Below are positions 38,215 to 47,700 of a stretch of DNA of 64,000 nt, piece by piece. A model generated the notes under the pieces. That model did not search any database and was not told the DNA's origin. It was given only the letters and a program-made list of their open reading frames with translations. The stretch comes from Polyangiaceae bacterium (lineage in GTDB: Bacteria; Myxococcota_A; Polyangia; Polyangiales; Polyangiaceae), in contig JANRKO010000043.1 of the NCBI GenBank assembly GCA_033763455.1, positions 32,001-96,000 on the forward strand. Reading direction: 5' to 3'. Every line of letters starts with the position of its first letter. Position 1 is the first letter of the stretch. The translations under genes and the position numbers were made by a program.

Positions 38215-39594
38215 GTGATGGCTCGGCTCCGTTTCGATGCAGGTACGCTCCTCTTGGGCGGGTTAACGGAGGCCGAAGGCCAAGAGCTAGGTTTACCGTT
38301 CAGCTGCCAGTGGGACCGCCGGACGGAGTGTTTTCGAGCCCCCGCGCAGGCCTATGCTGATCTGGTACTAACTTTCACCAAGCTGAAACGGCCACTTGAA
38401 GATGAAGCTCGAGCGTACGCAAAGCTTGAGCTCGCTCCCCAGGTTGAGCGTGAGCCCCGGCCGTTTCAAGTTGAAGCGCTGAGTGCCTGGAAACGTGCAC
38501 AGGGCAGAGGTGTGGTGGTGCTTCCCACGGGTTCGGGCAAAAGCCACATGGGATGCATGGCCATCTTGGACAAGCAAAGGAGTGCTATGGTGGTGGCCCC
38601 GACGCTGGATCTGGTGCGTCAGTGGTACGATAGCTTGCGCGTCACGTTCGGAGTCCCAGTTGGCGTGCTCGGCGGCGGGGAGCATGACATTCAGAATTTG
38701 ACCGTAGCCACCTACGATTCGGCCGCGATCCACATGGATCACCTGGGTGCGCGCTTCGGGCTCATTATTTTTGACGAATGCCACCATTTGCCGGGGCCCA
38801 CCTATTCGCTCGCCGCGAAGCTTTGCTTGGCCCCTTATCGGTTGGGGCTCACCGCCACGCCTGAACGCCAGGACGGAAAAGAGTCCCTCCTTACCCAGCT
38901 AGTGGGCCCGATTGTATACGAAAAAGCGATCACTGAGCTCTCGGGGAGTTACCTTGCAGATTACGATACCGAACGGGTACAGCTGCTTCTGAGCGAAAGC
39001 GAACGCGCTGAATACGAGGCGGAGCGGCGCATCTATACGCAATTTCTCCGTACCGCTGGCGTTACTCTGAGGCAACCCAGCGACTGGAATGATTTTATTA
39101 TCCGTTCTTCGCGTAGCCCCGAGGGTAGGCGGGCTATGCAGGCGTACCGTCGACAAAAAGAGCTCGCAACCGCGGCGCCAGCCAAGCTCCAATATTTGCA
39201 GCACTTGTTGCGCATCCATTCAGGGGATCAGATCTTGATTTTTACGCATGATAATCGCACGGCTTACAAGATATCTCGGGATTTTTTAATTCCTGTGATC
39301 ACCCACCAAACAAAAACGAAAGAAAGAAGCCGCGTGCTGGAGCTTTTTTCCAACGGCACCTATGACGCTATTGTTACGTCTAAGGTGCTCAACGAGGGGG
39401 TAGATGTGCCAGATGCGAGCGTGGCCGTCGTGATGAGCGGGAGCGGTTCGGTGCGCGAACACGTGCAGCGCTTGGGGCGAATTTTGCGCAAAAAGGCTGG
39501 AAAGCGGGCAATCTTGTACGAGCTGGTTACCCAAAATACGGGCGAAGGGTTCACGAGCGAACGCCGTCGCGACCACCTAGCGTACGGCGACTAA
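38215..39594 (+). CDS. XPB/Rad25-like SF2 helicase
   Basis: LPTGSGKS, DECHH, GLTATPER, LNEGVDVP, QRLGRILR. Confidence 0.9.
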   Translation: MMARLRFDAGTLLLGGLTEAEGQELGLPFSCQWDRRTECFRAPAQAYADLVLTFTKLKRPLEDEARAYAKLELAPQVEREPRPFQVEALSAWKRAQGRGVVVLPTGSGKSHMGCMAILDKQRSAMVVAPTLDLVRQWYDSLRVTFGVPVGVLGGGEHDIQNLTVATYDSAAIHMDHLGARFGLIIFDECHHLPGPTYSLAAKLCLAPYRLGLTATPERQDGKESLLTQLVGPIVYEKAITELSGSYLADYDTERVQLLLSESERAEYEAERRIYTQFLRTAGVTLRQPSDWNDFIIRSSRSPEGRRAMQAYRRQKELATAAPAKLQYLQHLLRIHSGDQILIFTHDNRTAYKISRDFLIPVITHQTKTKERSRVLELFSNGTYDAIVTSKVLNEGVDVPDASVAVVMSGSGSVREHVQRLGRILRKKAGKRAILYELVTQNTGEGFTSERRRDHLAYGD

Positions 39595-39598
39595 GGCT

Positions 39599-40933
39599 AT
39601 GTTGACGGTAGATTTGGTACGAGCTCGGCGAAAGAACGGTGAGCTCCAGCTCCTAAAAGTATCACCCGCTCAAGCGGCGGAGGCCACAAGCCTCGTGCAG
39701 AGGCTTATCGCGGTTGCTCAAGAAAGCGTTGGTGATTCCAGGGAGGACGTTGCTCTGCGCTGGCGGGAGCTAACAGCGGGCTTTCAAGATCGCAAGCTCG
39801 GCGATGGTGTCCTCAAGCTTGTGGAAGATCGTTGTGAGTTTTCCTCGGAGAATGCCGAACAAAGCGAAACATTGCGAGGCGAAGTGTTTGCTTTGGCCAC
39901 CGAGCGCCGGCGTTTGTCGAGCTTCGAGCGAGACGATATCTTGCGCACAGTCGGGGAGAAGTATGAGCTTTCTTCCGAGCAAGTAGATGCGGCTCTTTTC
40001 GCCGATCTGCGTGGCGCAGATCGTTTAACACGAGCTCCCAACATCAAGCCTGAGCTCATTTTGGGCAGCTATGTGTTTGCGCAACAGCAGGCGGTGCTGC
40101 TGCGTGCAGTGAGCCTTGAAGCGAGGCTGCACTGCAAGGACCCAGCGCGTTACAGGTTGATCTTTCAGAAGCTTAAGTTCCGCCGCCTGCTGTTTGAGGT
40201 GGAGGCACTGGATGGGGCGTTCCGTGTCCGCATTGACGGGCCATACAGCTTATTCGAGTCCGTTACGAAATACGGCTTGGCACTGGCTCTCAGCCTGCCA
40301 GTATTTTTGGCCTGTGATGAGCTTGAGCTAGTGGCCGATGTGCGTTGGGGGGCAGCTAGGGAAGCGCTCAAGTTCTTCATCCGCAAAGGGGACATCGCCG
40401 CGGTCAGCCTCGATGAAAAGGCGGGGGCGGGCTCAGACACGAGTGCTGAGGCTGACTCTCCGAGCAGCGAACTCGATAGGCTGGTCGATGCGTTCAATCA
40501 CTTAGGCTCGGCGTGGAAAATAGAGCGGGCACCGCAGATCCTCAATTTGCCCGGAGTTGGCGTGTGCGTTCCGGATCTGCTGTTTCGCCACTCTGTTTCT
40601 GGCGAGCGCATCTTTTTCGAATTGATGGGCTACTGGAGCCGCGATGCCGTGTTTCGACGGGTGGAGCTCGTGGAGCGTGGGCTTGGCGTGAAGCTCCTCT
40701 TTGCGGTGAATCAAAAGCTGCGAGTGAGCGAAGGGGTCGCGAACTTGGAAGAAGGAGCCGCTCTCTATGTTTTCAAGCGCACCCTCAATGCTCGTGCGAT
40801 ATTCGAGAAGCTCGAGGCATTGGCGGGAGCTGCCAGCCAGGCCCCGGGTCTCAGCCCTGGGGTGAGTTCGCAGGGGAGCGCCATTGCATCGAAGAAGGCC
40901 ACCACTCCTTCGCGGTGGCCCAGAAGTACTTAG
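39599..40933 (+). CDS. DUF790 / Bax1-like PD-(D/E)xK nuclease
   Basis: MLTVDL start, DGPYSLFESVTKYG, VPDLLF...FFELMGYW. Lies 4 nt after the XPB-like gene. Confidence 0.82.
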   Translation: MLTVDLVRARRKNGELQLLKVSPAQAAEATSLVQRLIAVAQESVGDSREDVALRWRELTAGFQDRKLGDGVLKLVEDRCEFSSENAEQSETLRGEVFALATERRRLSSFERDDILRTVGEKYELSSEQVDAALFADLRGADRLTRAPNIKPELILGSYVFAQQQAVLLRAVSLEARLHCKDPARYRLIFQKLKFRRLLFEVEALDGAFRVRIDGPYSLFESVTKYGLALALSLPVFLACDELELVADVRWGAAREALKFFIRKGDIAAVSLDEKAGAGSDTSAEADSPSSELDRLVDAFNHLGSAWKIERAPQILNLPGVGVCVPDLLFRHSVSGERIFFELMGYWSRDAVFRRVELVERGLGVKLLFAVNQKLRVSEGVANLEEGAALYVFKRTLNARAIFEKLEALAGAASQAPGLSPGVSSQGSAIASKKATTPSRWPRST

Positions 40934-41086
40934 CATGCTTAGCATCTTGAAGGTCTCTACAGGTGGCGCGCTGCACCTCTGGTCGCAAGCCGTGCCGTAG
41001 CCTCTACCAGGAGCGAAGTCCTGACGAAATCGTGCACTAGAGACATGGCACAAACTGTTCTAAAGAGGCGCTGAAGGAGAAAGAAA

Positions 41087-41863
41087 ATGGCATTTTCGGG
41101 CTTGAGTCTTGTTGGGCGAACAGCAGTAGTAATTGGTGGAACGAGCGGGATAGGGCGCGTTATTTCGCTCGCCTACGCGGACGCGGGCGCCAACGTGGTG
41201 GCCACTTCTCGCCGGAGCGAGCAGGTGGCTGAAGTTGCCAAGGAGCTCGGAGCCCGGGGCGCGAAAACACTGCAGATCTCGAGTGACGTGACGAATCGGC
41301 CAAGCCTTGAAACCTTGCTCACTGAAACGGTGAAAGCTTTCGGTAAGGTAGACATCTTGGTCAATTGCGCCGGCAAAACTCAAAAAGTGCCCACCGTAGA
41401 AATGGACGAAAAGATCTGGGCAGACATCATGGATACCAACCTCACGGGCACGCTTCGAGCCTGTCAGGTATTCGGACGCCACATGTTGGAGAAGGGTTAC
41501 GGGCGCATTATCAACATTGCGTCACTTTCAAGTTTTGTGGCGCTTTACCAGGTAGCCGCCTATTCAGCGAGCAAGGCCGCCGTGGCTTCTCTCACTAAGT
41601 CTCTTGCTGTTGAGTGGGGTAGAAAAGGCGTCTGCGTGAACGCTATTGCTCCGGGTGTGTTCCGAACCCCGCTGAACGCCGCCTTGTTGGATGGCACCGA
41701 TAGGGGCGCTGAGTTCAAGCTTCGCACTCCACTCGGGCGCTTCGGGCAACTCGAAGAGCTCGGGGGCGCGGCCATTTTTCTGGCGTCTGAATCGGCGAGC
41801 TACGTGAACGGCGAAGTGCTCGCCGTTGATGGCGGGTTTTTGGCGAGTGGTGTGAATCAATGA
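41087..41863 (+). CDS. Short-chain dehydrogenase (KduD / gluconate 5-dehydrogenase-like)
   Basis: GGTSGIG, YSASK, NAIAPG, DGG. Coupled to eda. Confidence 0.85.
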   Translation: MAFSGLSLVGRTAVVIGGTSGIGRVISLAYADAGANVVATSRRSEQVAEVAKELGARGAKTLQISSDVTNRPSLETLLTETVKAFGKVDILVNCAGKTQKVPTVEMDEKIWADIMDTNLTGTLRACQVFGRHMLEKGYGRIINIASLSSFVALYQVAAYSASKAAVASLTKSLAVEWGRKGVCVNAIAPGVFRTPLNAALLDGTDRGAEFKLRTPLGRFGQLEELGGAAIFLASESASYVNGEVLAVDGGFLASGVNQ

Positions 41864-42522
41864 AGGCAGAGCCGAAAGTGAGCACCCGGGCCCAGGTCAC
41901 GGCGGCGGTTGAGAAGAGCGGCATCGTTGCCATTGTGCGTATGAGCGATGCCAGTAAGGTCGAAGCCGTCGTGGAAGCCTTGCTCAAGGGCGGCGTCACC
42001 AGCCTGGAGGTGACGATGTCGGTCCCGGGTGCCGTCGAAATCATCTCTGAACTTTCCCCGAAGATGCCGAAGGAAGTGATGTTCGGTGCTGGCACCGTGT
42101 GTGACGTGAAGACGGCCAAGCGCGTTGTAAAAGCGGGCGCTGCGTTCATTGTGTCGCCGATCTTCAAGGAGGGGATCGTGAAGTACTGCGTCGAGCAAGA
42201 TGTGGCATCGATGCCCGGATGCTTCACCCCCACCGAGATTTACGCCGCTTGGGAAGCCGGGGCGGACGTGGTCAAAGTGTTCCCAGCCACTTCACTTGGC
42301 CCGGATTTTTTCCGAGATATCAAGGGCCCGCTCCCTCACATCAAGCTCATGCCCACTGGCGGCGTACAGCTCGACAACGTGCGCGATTGGATCCGCGCGG
42401 GTGCCGTGGCTGTGGGCGTTGGCAGTGCCCTCATGGATCCCGCCGCCATCGCCTCGGGCCGCTACGAAGTACTCACAGAGAAGGCAAAAGCGTTCGTCGA
42501 TGCGGTGGGATCTGCACGCTAG
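41860..42522 (+). CDS. eda: KDPG/KHG aldolase
   Basis: LEVT, GAGTV, FIVSP, TPTEI, VKVFPA, MPTGGV. Confidence 0.92.
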   Translation: MKAEPKVSTRAQVTAAVEKSGIVAIVRMSDASKVEAVVEALLKGGVTSLEVTMSVPGAVEIISELSPKMPKEVMFGAGTVCDVKTAKRVVKAGAAFIVSPIFKEGIVKYCVEQDVASMPGCFTPTEIYAAWEAGADVVKVFPATSLGPDFFRDIKGPLPHIKLMPTGGVQLDNVRDWIRAGAVAVGVGSALMDPAAIASGRYEVLTEKAKAFVDAVGSAR

Positions 42523-42558
42523 CTAACGGCACTTAGAATGCGGGGGCGGTGGCTCGTG

Positions 42559-42822
42559 CTAGGCGTACCGACGCTTAAGCTCCGCCACGAAGTCTACGTA
42601 GCCCTGCATACAGGCGTCTTTCGATTGCCCCTTCTTTTGCTCCCAAGCGTCGAATTTGGCGCGGCCTTTGAAATCAAGCATGCCAGGTCGGGCTCCACTC
42701 ACATCCCCTACAGTCGCCTGCTTGAAGAAGGCGTAGAGGGTCAGAAGCTCGTTGGGGGCGGGGGTTGCCTTCAGTTGCTTCACCTCTGTCTGGGCTAACT
42801 CAAAATCGTCGATCAAAGCCAT
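42559..42822 (-). CDS. Acyl-CoA-binding protein
   Basis: LLTLYAFFKQATVGD...RPGMLDFKGRAKFDAW. Confidence 0.92.
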   Translation of the reverse strand: MALIDDFELAQTEVKQLKATPAPNELLTLYAFFKQATVGDVSGARPGMLDFKGRAKFDAWEQKKGQSKDACMQGYVDFVAELKRRYA

Positions 42823-42989
42823 CTTCTGCGGTCCTTTTGGTTGGGTTAAAAATGGGCCGGCGGATGCTCCAGCCGGCACGCGGGCGAGTCAAGTCATCGG
42901 GTGGACTTGAGAATGGTCGTGGCGTCCGGAGGCAGCCGTTCCGAACCCACCTGTTCACGCCGATGCCGGAGTGAGTACGCTCGCCCCAG

Positions 42990-43802
42990 ATGAGCGCCCC
43001 CCAGATTTCGAACGGCTTGAATGTTGAGGTTCTTGGGCAAGGCCCCGCAACTACGGTGCTCCTGCACGGGTTCCTAGGCTCGGGCAAGAACTTGCGTCCG
43101 CTTGCGCGCCTCTGGGCTGAGCGGGATCCTGCGCGAACGATGGTTGTGGTCGATTTGCCCGGCCACGGAGAATCCATGCCTCTTTCGGCTGGAGCCACCC
43201 TGGATTCTATGGCTCGCTCAGTGCTCGACGGTGTGCGTGAGCTAGAGCTTCCCGAACCATTTCAATTGCTCGGCCACTCTCTCGGAGGGCGTGTCGCCCT
43301 TGCTGCGCTCGGCATAGAGCCAACGCTCATTGGTACAGCGACCCTTTTGGATATTGGCCCAGGTCCAATCGATCCGAAGATGTCCGAAAGTCGCCGGGTA
43401 CTCGATATTTTGCTCGATGCGCCTGAAGTTGTGAGCGACAGAATTGAGATGCGAAATTTCCTCATGGGGCGCGGCCTTTCTAAGCCACTCTCGGATTGGA
43501 TTATCATGAACCTCAAGCTGAGATCTTCGGAGGGCCCAGCCGAATTTACGTGGCGCATTGATCGACGCGCGTTAGGGGAATTGCACGGCACGTTCAATCG
43601 CGCCGATCTTTGGCCAACAGTCGAGCGTTTTGGTTCAAAAATCGCCTGTGTGCGTGGCGAACATTCGGCGTATGTGAGCACCGAGGAATTGCGGCGAATG
43701 GCGCAGCTCGGAGTGAGAACCCACACCTTGGCTGGCGCTGGGCACTACGTGCATGTGGACGCTCTGGCGGAGCTCGTGGAGTGGTTGCTCGAGTTCAAGT
43801 GA
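42990..43802 (+). CDS. Alpha/beta-hydrolase (YbfF-like esterase)
   Basis: LHGFLGS, DLPGHG, GHSLGG nucleophile elbow, AGHYVH. Confidence 0.9.
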   Translation: MSAPQISNGLNVEVLGQGPATTVLLHGFLGSGKNLRPLARLWAERDPARTMVVVDLPGHGESMPLSAGATLDSMARSVLDGVRELELPEPFQLLGHSLGGRVALAALGIEPTLIGTATLLDIGPGPIDPKMSESRRVLDILLDAPEVVSDRIEMRNFLMGRGLSKPLSDWIIMNLKLRSSEGPAEFTWRIDRRALGELHGTFNRADLWPTVERFGSKIACVRGEHSAYVSTEELRRMAQLGVRTHTLAGAGHYVHVDALAELVEWLLEFK

Positions 43803-44163
43803 GTTGCAGAAGTTTTCGCGGGGAGGCCGTGAGCTTCGGCCCCCACTTCGCCTCTCGTTGAGAATTGCTCCGAGTCCTTTTGGCGGGCTTAGGCACACGG
43901 ACACCCTTTTCGTTGCGACTCAGATACTTCGCATGACAAGTACCTGTCGCGGTCCGAAAACCCTCGCTGGTTGCTTCACTGATAGCTCCAGAAGCCCTTT
44001 CGCGCGTCATCGGTAGTGAGAGCTTGCCTCCATTCAAAGTCATCGATCGCCTCCATCAAGGAATGGAGCTGCGACGGCTTAGTTTCGTCACTTGCGTCGA
44101 ACGACTCTTCCTCCCCACCACCGGGCGAGAAGAACCCGAAGAACCCTCTCCACTCGGGAATTC

Positions 44164-44211
44164 TGGTGTCCAGGGACGGAATTGAACCGCCGACACGAGG
44201 ATTTTCAATCC
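44164..44211 (-). pseudogene. 3' half of tRNA-Phe(GAA); att core at the island boundary
   Basis: Minus strand reads GGATTGAAAATCCTCGTGTCGGCGGTTCAATTCCGTCCCTGGACACCA. No D-arm or 5' acceptor strand is present upstream. Confidence 0.88.
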
Positions 44212-44271
44212 CAGAGCCACGCGGGGTAACTCCGCGAAAGGATGTGGGGTTTGGGCGTAAGCTTCGGGCGG

Positions 44272-44290
44272 TGTAGCGGATTTGTAGCGG
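44272..44290 (+). repeat. Tandem direct repeat TGTAGCGG, candidate integrase arm-type sites
   Basis: Copies at 44272 and 44283, about 60 bp inside the att core. Confidence 0.55.
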
Positions 44291-44342
44291 GCGGATGGCG
44301 TCGCGGCAGCGTGGAGGCCCCAGCCTTTCAGCAAGCGAAGCG

Positions 44343-44771
44343 TCAGCGCGGCAAACCCCGCATGGCCTCAATGTAGGCTCGAAGGCGTGCCTCCCTAAAT
44401 TCACGATCCCGAAGGAGGCCGGTGAGGTCAGCCGGTTTAGTCTCCGAGCTCAACCTGGCCTGCCGGATAACTCCATCAAGAACCTCAATGGCCCGGCGAT
44501 CACCTTCAGTCATGGCTCGGAAGTACTCCTTGGCCTGTTCAGGACGGCCAAATTGGGGGATCTCAAAACCCGGCGATCGGCGATGTGTGTCCGCCGCCGT
44601 AAGTTGTACTGGCTCTGCTGCTGAACAGGCGTGCGCTGCGAAGAGGCTCGCCGCTGCAGCGAGGCCCGCTCCGATGAGCACTTTGGGAGCGCGCGTAGTC
44701 GTAGCGCGCCCGCGGAAGGTCCTTGCCATAGGCGTGCTCGCTTCAGTCGTCATCGCCGCGTTTCTTATCAC
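44343..44771 (-). CDS. Hypothetical exported protein / lipoprotein
   Basis: Hydrophobic segment ending AAHAC; helical C-terminus. Start uncertain. Confidence 0.5.
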   Translation of the reverse strand: MIRNAAMTTEASTPMARTFRGRATTTRAPKVLIGAGLAAAASLFAAHACSAAEPVQLTAADTHRRSPGFEIPQFGRPEQAKEYFRAMTEGDRRAIEVLDGVIRQARLSSETKPADLTGLLRDREFREARLRAYIEAMRGLPR

Positions 44772-47700
44772 TCAGAGAACATTCTTTTGAATCGTCGTTA
44801 TCACCATGTTCACCTCCGTCTTCATGGCTGCCGTCGTCGTCGTCGTGTTCGTCGTCACGCTCTCGGCAAAGGCGAATGACTGTTCTCCGAGGTAGGGGAT
44901 GCTCCCGGTCGGGTTTTGTGAGTTGGCCTTTGCCAAGAAGCCCGCGTGCCCGATCCCCGTCCAGCGGATGGTCATCATCGTGGTCGCCTCGGTCACTGTC
45001 GCCTTTGTTGGAGCACTTTGACGCCTCGCCGGGGCGCCTAGAGCTCACGCTCACCCTCTGCTTCTTAACAGTTTCATTGCCAAATCGGTCTATTGCGCGC
45101 CAAGTGACAACATGGTCGCCAGCAGTGAATTGAGCCGGGGCATCATTTACGACGGTGACTTCACCGCCACAGGCATCAAAGGCTTTGGCTTCACCAAGAT
45201 CAACACAATTTTCGCATGGTCCAAGGATGATCGACGGGGGAACGTTCAGCACGGGAGGCGTCGTGTCGCGAACAGTAACGACCGATGTATCACTCTTGCT
45301 GCTCGACCCCACGCTGACGACAAGCGACGCAAGCGTGCTTCCGATAGGAAAACTCCCCGTGGCTATGACTGCCGTCGAGTTTGTGAGCTTCACCCTGCCC
45401 GCGGACCACAAGTAGGATGCGTTACCCTGCGGTCCGGAGTTGGAACCATTCAGCGTCACCAACGCCTTGCCGTGGGCTTGGCATTCGACCACCTGATCGG
45501 GTCCCGCATTGGCGATGAGCGCGACCGCCGGATCGATCCTGTCCGGGACATCATTGTTGTTGGCGTCAGCATCTCTAACGTTGGGAATTCCATCGTTATC
45601 GAGGTCCCCCGGAAGCTCTTCGGCATTGGGGATACCGTCTCCGTCGGCGTCACCGAGGAAAGGTACATTCGGTGCGAACTTTGGACCCAAGCCGCGCGCT
45701 AGCAGCAGAGAGGGGTCTTGCGTGGTTTCGCCCGGCAAGGGAGCTTCTTTGGTCGAGTTCAAGTAGAACGACGTGTCCGAGTCCCGCTGGAAAGCTTTAG
45801 CCACTTTCACTGCGGGATTGCTCGCCGATCTTGTCCCCGAATGGTCGACGTTCTCGCCTCGAATCAATGTCGCACCGTCGCGAACGTCACAAGTAACGTT
45901 GACAAAATACTGCCCTCGACCAACGAGGTCAGCGGGCTGGACTTCGGCCTCGTATTCTCCGCTCACCGAATTGCGAACAAAGTTTAGCGCCACAAGGATT
46001 TTGTCGGGGCGGAGCAGTGTCCCGGTGTAGCTCGCACCTTCGACGATATCGCGCTCAAAAGCGGCCTTTGCCGTAACGATGACTTTCTCTCCGTCTCGGT
46101 AAACGCGCTGTTTGGCGAAGCTGGTGCACTCTGGTGTTGTTGAGCTGTCTACGGCAGCACTCACGTAATATCCGGGTTGACGGACCTCCACAGGGTCACC
46201 GCCAGCTTCCCGCACGCGCCACGTGCCAGCTTGTGGGGTCGGTACGGTGAGCACGGCGTAGGCCCCGTCTACAGTCACGGGAACATTGGGGTTGAAATTG
46301 GGTACGAAGCGGTATGCCTGCTCACTCGGAGACAACAGAATAGCCCTCCCGACGTCGACAGAAAACGTCTGGCGGGTGGAATCGTAGTCCGAAACCGAAA
46401 CGGTCAGGGCCTTAGCGCCTTCCTCCACCTTGAACGTGTAATCAATGGGCGTGCTGTAACTGTCGCCATTCATCTCGGGGAGCCGGAGGTGGCTTCGGGC
46501 TTGCGCTTGACCTTTAAGCTCCGCGGCCCCCGCGAAGAAAAGTGGCACCATGTCGTCGCCCGCGGGACGTTGACCTGGGAAGATACGGGCGGGAGTTGGC
46601 TGGCTTTGGGCGGCACCAGAAAACCCATCGTAGTAGACTGGAAATTCCCAGTACTGGACCTCCGGATGGCTGGCAATCGCGTCATTAACTTGAGCTTGCG
46701 CATCAGAGCATATGCCGCCACAATTCACCTGAGTACAGTTTACACCGTCGTCAGGCTTGCCGGGATTGAGGCAGGTTCCTGTGTTTGGAATGTTGGCCAA
46801 GCCGTCGCTCAAGTGAATCACCACCAGGGTGTCTTTTTGCCCTGGAACGGGCGGGCCGATGCGGCCATCGAACACATCCGCGGCCAGAGCAAGGGCCCTT
46901 CCGGTTTCAGTCCCACCGTTTGCAATGGGATCTTCCCCAAACGGATCATCAGTCGGCCGTAACAAACCATTGAACTGCTCTTGCGAGATGCCAGTTACTC
47001 CGCCACTGAGCGGCACGGCGAATCGCAACGGATCTTTGCATCCTCCATTTTAGCAGACGCCGACAAACGGGGGAGATCCGCAGTCTGTGGCCTCTGTCGC
47101 CGTTGAGCAGGACGGCCCGCTTACCTGCGGAAACTTCAAGAACGTCCCAGCGCTGTAGAAAGAGAGGCCAATCCGGGGGCCAAGCGAGGGCTTAGCAATC
47201 GTAGTGAAGAAGTTCCGGGCTGCGAACTTGGCAAAATCCAGGCGTTTACGCCCCGCCGGGTTTAGCGTAGTGGCGTCAGTCGTGTTCATGCTTCCGGACT
47301 TGTCCATCACGAACACGACTTGGGTGTCACTGTCGAAATTGGGGGTCCGCTCGGCAATGAAATCATCATTGAAGCTGACGTTGCCGCAATCGGCAGGTGG
47401 ATCTGGATTGATGTTTTGCACGAAAAACGGGCGACGTATTGTACCCTGGGTTACGTCAATACCGAACCGATCACAGAGGGTCGCCTGGAGATTATCCCAG
47501 TCTGACTGCACAGCAGCGGCGCCGCCCCCGAGGGCCTGGCGAATCGTACCTTCGGAGGAGTCGTAACGCTTCAGCGTATCGTTGAACGAAACGGCGTGAA
47601 GCCTAGCAGCCGCTTCCGCTGGATTGGGTGCCTTACGATTAACGTAAGTGAGGCTTGGGTATTGTGGTGCTTCGTACTCCTGCGCCGACCCCGGCAGGGT

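Noticed and set aside
41046..41060. TGGCAC sigma-54-like site upstream of the SDR gene
   Set aside because: The -12 position reads TC rather than GC, which is not enough support.
43976..44404. 142-aa minus-strand ORF
   Set aside because: It spans the tRNA-Phe fragment and island junction and has no protein-like motif.
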